DNA of 64,000 nucleotides from Phoronis australis. Lineage: Eukaryota > Animalia > Phoronida. Of the stretch, positions 12,501-24,500 are shown piece by piece. How positions within the stretch are numbered: the stretch's first letter is position 1; every line of letters starts with the position of its first letter. Under the pieces are notes generated by a model. That model saw only the letters and a program-made list of their open reading frames with translations. It had not been told where the DNA came from and made no database searches. The translations under genes were made by a program, and so were the position numbers. The DNA is taken from contig NMRA01000069.1 in the NCBI GenBank assembly GCA_002633005.1, positions 912,990 through 976,989 of the forward strand, given 5' to 3'.

Positions 12501-15500
12501 CTACCATCCCTTACGTGCCCGTCGCCCCTTACCTTCCCCTGTCACCCCTTACCTTGCCCCTGCCACATCTTCTTTCCCTTGCTAGTGTTGGCTGCATAGC
12601 CATGTAACCAGCGCCAGACAGGGAACTCCTCCCCTGAGATCACCTGCGTCTCCACACGAATACGGGACTCATTAGCTGCCAGGAACTTCACTGCCTGATC
12701 CCAGATGGACTGTTTACTGCTCCTGTAGACCCAAACAGAGGAGAGACTGAATACATGGTATTACTGACAACGTAACAATAATCCAATCATCAAACCCTGT
12801 GTTCTCAATACCAAATCTGATGAGTCATGCCAGTTTCTGAGGTGGTGAATAGGGCTGCCCTGGGTTACACGGCAACAGAACTCTCCTTTGTTCCGGAGAT
12901 TAGAAAGCAGGTGACCTCGTTTTGGAAATAAGGCACATTTTCATGTCTCTCATAGATGTCGGGAAGATGAAGAATTTCAGATTGCGAATCCACGGGTATT
13001 TGTCCAATTTATCAAACTTTCTCACGTCGGAGTTACAACCCATTGCAGAGCAGTTGGCATTGGAAAGATAAATAGAGCAATGCAACCGAGAAAAAATTGT
13101 GAAGAATCGGACAACAGCAAATAACATGTGGCACCAAAACTAGGCAGTAAATGTGTCTGACGGATGTTTACGGCACTGTGGGAAAATATAGCAAGGTTCA
13201 AGTGTCACTGTTTAATCAAGGATGGCCCTACTGCCTTTGTGCTCAACCGAAATGACGAGGAATTCTGCTTGGACTCAGCTCAACCATCGTGACGGGGAAT
13301 TCCGCTTGCGCTTAGTTGTTGTGACAAGAAATTCCACTTTTCTTGCACTCAACCATCATGACGGGAAATTGTGCATGCAGTCTGCCATCCCGATGGAATT
13401 CCGAGACACTGAAGCTGATTCACTTGAATGTCCTGCCACTGGTCATATCTTGACAAATCATAATATTTATTACAAACGAGGACAAACCTTTCATGTGGAG
13501 CTATTAACATGTCTCTGACGTGAGGTATTGCCATGTACGGCTGGATGTCTTTGTCATCAATACTAGAATCGTAGTGCGCTTTCAGCGTTTCTGTAAGAAA
13601 TAATTAACTGAGTAGTCTCTTATTTCTATGCGGCACAGAGCGACCCCTATGAGGCAAAAGTGGAGACATTATGCATTTCAATGGCAAGCCTCATTTGGTT
13701 TTGATATTTTTAATTGGAAGGAAAAACAGGAGAGAATAACTATGGTAAAATCTCACCAATTATGACACACTATGGCTGACATGAAATATGATTAATTTCA
13801 TTTTTTAATAAATGTCATGTCATAGATCTTTAAAAATGACATGACATTTATTAACAAATGAAATTAATCATATAATTTTGAGAAATTGTGGACAATCACA
13901 ACAATGTCAGAAGCATTTTTGAAAATGAGAAAAAGACCAAGTTTGGCATTTTTTCCGAAATTGATGACAGGTGAGTTACTGGCAGCAATTTTGGTGCTTG
14001 AAATCAACTCAAACTTTAAATTTATTTTTCAGGTGACAAGTCTTCACTCTGAGATGCACGGAGATAGCATTATTACTGCATGGTCTAGCATTCAAACTGG
14101 TCATTTACATCAACCTCCCATTTATCTTAGTGACAATGTTTTAGTGGCTCAAGCTCACCAATTATATTCTCTACCATGTTGTACACTAGCGCCCTCTCTT
14201 CATATTTCTTCCTCTGGTCATATCTGTACAGAATCCAGGCAACAAAGGCTAAGATGGCCGCTGCAAGGGAAAATATTTTTAATCAGGAGTGCATTAAAGG
14301 TTCGGTAAGTTTTTCCAAACGAATTTTCATCGTCGGTCACCCCACCTTCCATTTGCCACATTTCTCCTTATAATTTCCATTTATTGGTTAGTGTTTTGTC
14401 AAATGTCTTCACTTCACTTCTCTTTACCTGCATTATAGTTCTCTTCGTTAGTGAGACTAATGCTGCATTCACACCAACTAAACCAGCTTATAATTTCATC
14501 GTTTCCCATTCAAATTTTCAACTTAACAATCTTATATTAGGTCATTAAACTTAGTGACCTTCGTAACAGCCCTGCTTACAACTGTAGTGGTGACCTACTT
14601 ATCTAAGCACACAGGGGAATTAATTTGGCCAGACGCTTAGAAGAATAAGGGTTCAGCTATCCCTGCAACGTTCACTCGCTAAGTGCAAGAGTCAATAGGT
14701 ATTTTTCTCTGTATAGTGTGACTAACGTTGTATCATGCCAACTAATCCAGGTTATGATTTTTCGATACATAAAGCTACACTGCTACCTGTTAAGCAGTCA
14801 ATATTGTTCAGTATATATATGTTGTACGCAAAGTAAACTCTGCAATTATCACCATCATTTATTTTTTCACAATGTCTTTTATTTTATTATTGTCTTTCCA
14901 TTTTCCTGAAGGAGACTGGCAGACTTGAAAACTTCCTTCACGAGGAACCATAATGGGGCTCTCGTGCTTTTAAATCAGGTGTTTTGTGCAATGTGCCCAA
15001 CCATGAGGCCTGCGCACGTCTGATGCACCGCAAACGACATCAGACCACCTCCACTGTTTTTTGTTATTTTATTACAAGCCTGTCTCTTACATGGCAAAAA
15101 CAGCTGGTCAACATCTCAGGTCGCATTTCCAAATTTCAGGTCACAAATGCTAATCATGTGGCTTGTTTTGTCGAGCCCTGTATTTTATATATGATGTGCA
15201 CATACCGAGAATTAGCCCAATGATCCAGTTCAACATTTGCTTGAGGAAACGCTTCATCCGGCACAGCAGGGGGTAGTACGGGGTAGTAGACTCGATGTAC
15301 CAGACTTTGGTAGGGTCAAGTGCAAGTACACTGTTATCCTCACCCAGTAATCTAGAACACAGTAATCACATAATGTGACAAGCTACAAAGAATTCAGAAA
15401 ACAAAAAACCACACTTGCGTCAAAAGGTTTTGTTGCAAAATCGACAAATTTCGAAAAGAGACAAGATTTTAGCGGAAAAGTGACCCGAGAACTTTGATTT

Positions 15501-18500
15501 ATTGAGAAAATGTAAAGAAAGTGGGAAAAATGCCATTGCTACTAAGATCTCTGACCTCGATGTACATTGTACTCCAGGGTGTGTGTGTGTCTAAAGCTTT
15601 CACTGCACTGGCCATTCGCTAAGTGTTAGAGTCACTACATTATTTTACTATTCTCTTTAAAACTTGCGAGTGCACACTAACTGCGGCTGAATGTGTCTAG
15701 GTCACCAATAGAAGTTGACGCTTTTGACTGAAAGCAACAGTATCACTTACGAGCCAAGCTTGAAAAAAGTGCTTCACAACTTAACTGAAAAACTGGTCCT
15801 GTTCAGTGAGCATACCAACTTTACGAGAGGAGATTTGCAGCAAGTTTTCAATCTTGCGAACAAAATACCATTACACCAAAGTACTAACCTGATGCCCCAG
15901 TGTTCATTCTTCATGATCAGGTGAAACATCACAGTCAAGTTAACTCCCTGAAAAACATGAACCCACTCTGAAATCACAGTCATAGCAGAGATAGTGACCA
16001 GGGCCCGGTCTCCAATCTTCTACTCGAAATGGAACTCGAAATTAGGTTTGGCATTTTCTACTCTACTTTTGGGCGAACTCAAGATAAGTGTCTATTATTC
16101 TATGGTCGAGTACACAATAACTTACGTAGATAATTTATTGCCCTTAGCTCACAGTTTGTAAACCCAATATTAAAGCAATAAGTTCGAGTTTGAACTCGAA
16201 ATTTCGAGTTTTTACTCGAGTTTGTAGCACGAATATAAGGGTCTTCAAGGGCAAACTTGAACTAGAAACTCCTATGCATAAACTATAATGTATTCGAGCT
16301 CAGTCTGATAACCAATTATCTTAAGTTCGCACAAAAGGAGCAGAGAAATTGCCAAAAATAGTTTCGAGTTCGTTTCGAGTACAAAGATTAGAGACCGGGC
16401 CCTGAGGTCGGTTTCATGAAAGCGACTTGAGACAGAAGTTGGGTCTTAGGCTCCTACTTGACAATTGGTGAATACAGGTTTAACCAAGTAATTATAAGAG
16501 CATCTAAGTCTAGGAATGATTGATGGAAATTATCTCAGTAGCTAACAGTTATGTGTCTGTTCACAGACTGAACTTTTGCTCAAGTGAGATTTCATTATTG
16601 TTCAGAAATAGTTATACGGAGAATGAGACCGAATTTCTGCTTAAGTCTACACAATCATAAGCACAGGGACCTCATCTGGGGCCTGCAGACGTGACACTAA
16701 AGCACTCGCAACTAGAAAACTGTGCGTGCAACAGAAACAGGAAATTCTATCCCATAATGCAACACTCCAACCTCACCAACCAATCACTGGAATTTTGTTA
16801 GGGTACGCTCACTTTTTACTCGCATGATTGTGTGAGATTGTTGCACCTATGGAACACAAGATCTGGTGAGATGTACAAGACACTCAATTTCATAGATGTT
16901 ATACAATTACCGTATTCGCCGTAATAACCGCCCATGCCCTTTAAGCGCCCCCCCACGCGTTTTCAGACTTTGCTGAAATAAGCGCCCAGTCCATGAACGT
17001 GTACATGCGAACAATGACGTACCTTCAGTCCTAAAACTCGGCTACAGTAACGTCTTCAATTTATCAAAAACGTTTTGCACGGGTGTTCTAGACCACCAGC
17101 GGCACTGCTACGTTTGTATTTAGCCGTGACTATACACTTCAAAGTAACACAGCGCTTCAAAAAGAACGCAACAGCGTTGCTACTTTCGCGACGACCGTGT
17201 CCCACTATGGTCTGACCCTTCAGTAAACACATCGACTGTCTCATGAATAAAAATAACTCGGTGTTGAACGCAAGTGGCCAGAAAGCGCGCGCTACATATA
17301 TGAACCTAGCTGTCATCAAAGACATTAGTCGGGAACTATCCATTCATGAAACGGGTAGCATAGCATCGGTAAGAAATGAATATTGGCCCTAATTTCCGAC
17401 AATTTCTAATACTATAAAACATGTTTGCGTTATTTTTTAGATGGATTGTTTGACTAACCATAATTGGTGTTTTTAAGTCGAATATCCGATAAAACTGACA
17501 GTGAATGCTTACACACCATTACACCGAAAAATAACTGTCAGATAGTTACCGTACGTACGCATCCAGCTACACAGCGACTAATATGGGTGGCATAATATGG
17601 GCCTTACCGATACAAATGTCGAACGTTTTTAGCACGAGACCGGCAAGTGCTGAATGAAACACGCTCTGGTTTGGGCCTATTGCTTGTGCAAATTTCTTTA
17701 GACACAATGCACATCTAGCTCTTTAGATTGCGTGGCTCTGGCCAAAAGACGGTCTCTGCTTTGGCAAATGAACTCTGGTTACACACACGCGCTCGCTTAC
17801 TCGCAGACGAACTTCAAAACAAACGTCACGTGACAACAACATGTGTGTTCGACATTTTTCTCGCCGTGTTGCCGATCATACATGTAGATGGCACGATGTT
17901 GTGCAGATTTGTACTTAAAACTGCCGTAAATCCAGACTCCACGGGAACTTAAAAAAGTCTTAGGGACGCTACTTAGAAAACTTAATGAGGATTTCAGGTA
18001 ATTTGCTTGAGTCGAACCTATTTTTATTCAAGCATTGAAGTCGCCATATCGAAGACGGCGATTCTGAGGCAGTCAGTCGTCGAGATTTCGCCCTGGGATT
18101 TCAGCACAATTTTCTGTAAAATGATCGTAATTTAGCAGCAAAGTTTGATAACAATGCACCACAGTTTTGTTGGAAGTCTTTCATGGATTACAGTTACGTC
18201 ATAGAACATAAATTTGATGAATCTTAGCTTCCAATTTCACCCGTTTCGGAGACCGGTTTTCAACCGCCTTGGGTTATAATAAGCGCCCCCCCTGAACCGA
18301 ACTTTTCTAAGCGCCCTGGGCGGTTATTACAGCGAATACGGTAAGAATTGTTGATAGAAGTGAAGTGAACAAGCACCAACTTAAGAGGAACACCCACTTT
18401 GTTATTGGAATTTTAAATATTAGAGAAGTGGGTTTATTAGATAGTGCAGTCTGTGTGTTGTCACAGCGGTGACCTATTGTGAAAAAATACGTCTCTACAG

Positions 18501-21500
18501 CAAGAACAGAAAATTTGCACGACAAGGCGCATGGCTCACTAGACAGAGCTTATTGACAGAGTTCCCTAGCAATGAAACTTAGAGAAGAGAACAAAATTAT
18601 GCACAGGTTTTAGTGTCACATGTCAGTATAAAAGCTAATGCACACCATGTTGGCTGACATAGTGATTCGAATGCATTCAGCATGCGTAAAGCAGCTAGAA
18701 ACACTGATTAAGGCAAACAAATTAACGTCTGATTTAGACCACTAGGTGCCGCTATAAAACTGGTCTCAACTTGTTTCTTACTCAGTTGAGAAGTGATATT
18801 TGCTCTTGCAAAGAACTCAGTTCGTTATTGATCAAAATCATACTGGTGAATAACATAGCATGCCATGTCACGCCAACTTGAAGAGCGCAGTCTCAGGCAA
18901 TAATAAACTGTCAGTTCAGACCCTACATCACATCTATTCTGAGTACGAAACAATTTGAAACCAATTTCACCACAGAAAGCCGCCTAAACCAAAAGCCGTT
19001 TTCTTCCGGCGTGAGGCAGGGGATTATAGCCAGTTTAAAAGGGCATGTACATCTGCAACTTTAAATAAAAACATTTTGCATTGCCTTTATCTTAGTAAAA
19101 ACCCTTTTAGAGGCTACCAATTTTTTATGACGCTATATTCGCAGGTAAGTGGTTTAACTTAGGTTAGTCTTTTTTGCCAGAGGGCAGGTTCAGAGCAGGT
19201 CAAAGTTCAGCTAGAATAGATTCAGGTTCGCGTGTAGCTAAAGGCACCAACAAACACAGAGAAGGGGACAAAAACAAAAAAGCTTGGCGAGATTGGATGA
19301 CAGTACTCGGTGCTTAAGAGAATCCTGAAATATTAAAACTTCTTGATATTTCTGGACTGATCATCGACCATCAGAACCGTCCTCGAGAATCCTGCACCTT
19401 TGCTAGGACTTGGTGAGATCAGATTAGTCAGAGATTCATACTGAGATTGAAAGAGAATCAAAGCATCTCATAAAGTCACGTGACACTGCAGCTGTAGCAA
19501 TCTGACAGCTCCTTCTCATCTTTTGAAGACGTATTTATTTATGTATGCATTCATGTTGTAAATACATTTTAGTCTTTCGATTTCCAACAAATATATACTT
19601 TTTTCGCATTTCCCACACAATGCGTAACTTTAAGCCACAAAAAGTCATACTGTACGTAAACAGAAAATAAGTAGTTTCTTGTCATTGAACTCTGTTAAAG
19701 CTACATTTGGCTTTACCAAATTTATACTCGTCCAAAATTACAGGAATCTGTAGACATGAAGAACTGCAGGAAAGAAAAAATCATATTCCGCCCTCAACTT
19801 TATTTTGCGGACTTGACCTATCCAGTCTTATGTGTTAAAGGTGCGTCAAATGCACCAGATAAGGTACAATAAGGAACAAAGATACCTTAGCCGCATTCAT
19901 GACTTCCAGCAAGGTGAGATGGCGATCTTTGTACTTGGCTGCATAGCCACAATCATGCTGTCCTGTGGAAAGAACGCAAAACGTGGTAATGTTGTGATTC
20001 TTCATTTACCCATAATACGGCCAACAAGTGAAATTCCTATGTCAAATTTCTTCAAAAAATAAAGATTAAGAGAATTATAGTGTATTACCAGCATAGTTTG
20101 AACTGTGTAGATGTCATTAACCAACATTTGGTAATTAAGTTCCCACTGCTTGTTGCCAAAAAAGATACGGGAACAGGAAGTTGTGGATATTCTTCACTTA
20201 TTCAGCACACAATATGGCTAAACAATGAAATTTCTTTTTCGTTAAATTTCTCCACAAAAGTAAAAATTGCAAACTTTTTAGTCTATTATAAGTATGGTTA
20301 GCATAAAACAGCATTTGCTAAAGTATAAATTATTGGTCTTTATGTACGCAATATGTTGGTCACATCACATGACGAATAGATAAGACTGAAAGATCTCAGT
20401 CCCGAGTGGGGCTAAGCATGCAGACGCTCTAGTCCACTCAGCTTTCGGGATAAACAGTCTATCACAGATATCCAAACAGACTTAATAGAAAGCATCTTAC
20501 CCAAACTTGGGGGTGCAAAATATATGTAACATTATAATCTGTTGTTACAAACTAGTATCTTCATGCACGCCATATGTTGGTCAGATCATGTGACCTATAG
20601 TTAAGTATGAAAAGATCTCTGACCTGACCAGAATTCGGACCAGGGACTTTATGTAACAACACATCATATGAATGTATATATTCCAATTTTGGTTAAGATG
20701 CCTTCTCTTAAGTCTGTTTGAATTTCTGTAATAGACAGATGGTAACGATGGCTCACACTATGTGAAAATTTCAGTGGAATTCTCCAGAACTCGGCAACAC
20801 ACTGCAAAGTCTATTGAATAATGTCAACAATGCATCAGACATGACATACTACCTGCGTTTGTAGACAGAATGTTGTACAAAGGTTTTAGGGCTGCTAGGG
20901 CCTTGGAGACGTCACCACTGGTGAAGCACGGCCCCTGTAAGACAGTAAATTTGATGTACACGATGAAAAAACCACGATTAGTCTGAGCAAGTGACATGTA
21001 CTTCAAAGAACACACAGAGGGCCTATTGGATTATAAAAAGTAAGGTGAGACCTTTATGATTAATGTCTGGTGCAGAAAAAACATGGATCACAATTTTGTT
21101 AAATTTTCTATTGAGAAGCACACTGGAATGAAGTCCTAATCCGAAACGTCAACAGAATTCCTCGAGAAGTTGTTACAATGACAAATGATGGATTAAAAGG
21201 TAGATAGTCCCAGGCCAGGTTGCATAAAAGGTAATGTGCTAGACAGCAACAATGACCTCCCATTACCACATTTCACTTTGCCATAGTTTATTAAACGTCA
21301 TGTAACAATCAAACATATCCAGCAGATAAGTTTAAAGTTTTATGTAAACCTGTCTTGCCTCATCGTTACTACCTGGTACCGTCGGTGGGACAAAAAAAGA
21401 GTCAATATAGGCACAGCAATTTAATAGGTTCATTATTGGCCTACTTGTGCAACCTCCGACCTTGGGTTAAACCATACACCACAGATTTTCGTATATAAGC

Positions 21501-24500
21501 CTGGGGCATACAACAAAAACGGGAATTCTACGCCCAGAAGTAAAATCCAAATACACGCCTGGAGATACTATAGAAGTCCATGTGTACATGGACAATTCCC
21601 AGGACATTTTCAATCAAATTCATTAATGGAACTGTCTACTAAATAAAAGATTCTAAGGGACGTTTTAGAACACGAGCCTGAGAGTCCGAATATATTTCCA
21701 TTTCCTGTGAGACTGGGGCAGGCTTTAGGGTTCACTTTTGTGCATTTTAACTCAAATGTACAACAAAAATTCCTTTATCTATCCACCTCGCATTTATATT
21801 TGTTTGGGCTTACATACGTTAATCTTCGGAAGTGAACAAATGGCCATGTAAAGTCAATATCTTTAGATTTACCACAGTTTTTTTGCTGCCAGACAGAGCA
21901 CCAGTTTCACAGAGCATTAAGTTGTCTTCTGAAACAACAAATTAACACAATTAAAGTAATACCCCTTTAGAACTAAGCATTTAAAGAAAAGGCTTGTTTT
22001 AATTGAAAATTAATACTGACGTACTATAGCACATCAATTTGAAGTGTCAATGTGAACAAGAAAGCAAATATTATATATAGACAATAAATAAAAACATTGG
22101 GTTACATTCAGTAGACACAAGAATGTCACAATCGAGAAAATCATTTGTGAAGTGAAAGGTGAGTGTTTTGCGAGTACTGTACGTGTAAGTTAGGGATTTT
22201 AATAGAATACCGCACATAAGTAACAGCCACTGAAGTGACGAGTCGGTGAGGTCGTAATGTTGAATTATGGGGAAAAATTCACTGTTACTAAGTCCATGTC
22301 TTCTAGCCGACAGTGGTTTGTGAGATTTTTACACCTACACAACATAATAATTGTTTTGGCATTTCTCAAGTTTGATTCTCCTTAGAGTTAATTTTAACCA
22401 TTATGCATCCAATTTGCTGGCTCACAATGACAGAAATTTGATCTTGTGGCTCAAACCAGGTGGTTTTTGTCCACAGCAGGTAACTAACTTAGGCAAAATG
22501 TTATGGTAAAAATTCACCAATATGGGCAGTAAATTTTGATTATTTTGTTCAAGGTCGAAGCTTATCCCAAATTCTAGAAATAATCAACAATGGCCGCCAT
22601 AAATTCAAGAACTCTCTAGACTGAAAACACACTTTGCGAAATTTGGGAAATTAATGGTAACGCCAAAATCGCACTTGTCCAAGTATCCAGAAACCTCTTA
22701 TCCCAAGTTTCAGAATCAAGAAAACTCAAATTTTCCATGATTTTCCATGTCCCAAATTCTAGAGACTGTCCCAAATTGTACAACTTTTACCGTAGTCACA
22801 CTTGCCAAGTTAGCAGACTTTGTATCGAACCTCTGAAGGTTGATGAATGATACAAAGAATGATTTAGTTTGAAAGTGACCAGTGATAACTAATCTGTTAC
22901 CAGGCTATTTTAACAGAACTTCACTTTTAGAAGCTCCCAGAAACAGCCATTGATATCTCTGATCAAATACTCAAATATAAAAAATGGAAGTATACTTATA
23001 AAAAACCTCAATAGTCACTTACTCTGTACATTGTACGATCTCTCTGCTTCGCCTCTCAGATTAATGTACGTTGCTCCTAGTAACAGAAAGAAACAAGTGA
23101 GCCCAAGCAAAAGGATAATGGATATGTACTGCGTCCAAGAATACGTCGTTGATTCAGTTGTCTTAAACCCCTGTTGTTTGATTTCCTCTTCATCCAACAA
23201 AGAGTCATCAAACGATGAGTCTAATTTTTGCCGTTTGTTGGCATTTTTATTGCCGTTTACAGGCAAGTGATTTGATTTGCTTGAGCCAGGCAGAAACAAG
23301 TCACTGCGATCGATGCTGCGACTGTATTTTGGTGCGGTATGATTCGACTCTTTCATTGACCTCGTTTTGGGCACCGATTTCTCGGGTGTGCTTGTCGACA
23401 ATGGCTTACTGACAGGTTCGCCATGCAGATCACTAGGTGTCACTGCAGCTGGCGAGTCGAGTGTTCTCTCTATCGTCGGAGAGGTGTTAGTGCTTATTGA
23501 TACCAAATTTTGTCGAGGTGAATCAGCAATATCGATGTCCGACTCATCTAATGTAAACGTAGAATTGAACACAGTGGATGAACCATAGCCACGTGCTGAG
23601 CTCCTGCTGGCATTAACTCTGTTCCCAGCAACACTACTCGATGTCGATCGACGTCGAAGAGTGGGTCTCGTTGTAACTTCCTCTGGCTGCGCGAAAATTT
23701 CTGAAGTTCGTGCACGCGTTGTGGATTTGGACATTCGTGACGTCGAACGAAGTCTGTGGACATTTGTGGATGTTGATGGCCTCGACTCATCCTCACTTTC
23801 ATCAGAGCTAAATCCTGAAAATTACGAACAACCATCATTATCACCACATGATTGAGTATATTTCTCAACGACACAAAGGGCACCTTACCTAGACTGAAGA
23901 CCTAAGCCGAGCTAAATCACACAACAGGTTATGGATGCGTTTTAGTAAACAAACACGCAAGATTAACTTTTGTAACTGACTACACTCAAGTTGGGGATTA
24001 GAAACCTGATGAAATATTCCGCGGTATTCATTGATGGCCTGGATGTGCAAGTCAAGACAAAATTTAGTTGGCAAGGTGTGGACTAGGCTACATGTGCTAC
24101 GTCTCACCATGCAACAATCAGTCTTGGTGGTCTGAACACAGAGCTTGGCCTGTTTTTCACAGTCATTCAATTATGAGCAGGGTCAGAGAGACGTAATTCA
24201 AGTGAGCAAGACACATGCGACATCTGATAGCTTTATTTATCAAACATAAAGAGTTAGCACTGAGCTTAATCGTTAGATGTTCTCAGACAATGGCAGCAGA
24301 CACTACGGTGTATGTACAACCCACTACTCAGTTCTAAGTACCCCCCCATGGCACTTTCCCTGATCACAAGAACTGTGTGATGTGCATGCACTCATGATTG
24401 ATAGTGACGCAATAAATTGTTCACGACTGAGGATAACCCCCACTAAGCACAGCCATGAGGTAGCAGGGCTGAATGGGATCATAATCAGCCCAGTTTGAAT

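Noticed and set aside
16671-16682. Possible 12-nt LEMD3 micro-exon (APDE)
   Set aside because: Weak donor (GTCCCT), and it is not needed because exons 5 and 6 already join in phase 0.
23015-23734. 239-aa ORF as a stand-alone gene
   Set aside because: It is LEMD3 exon 2 read from an internal Met.
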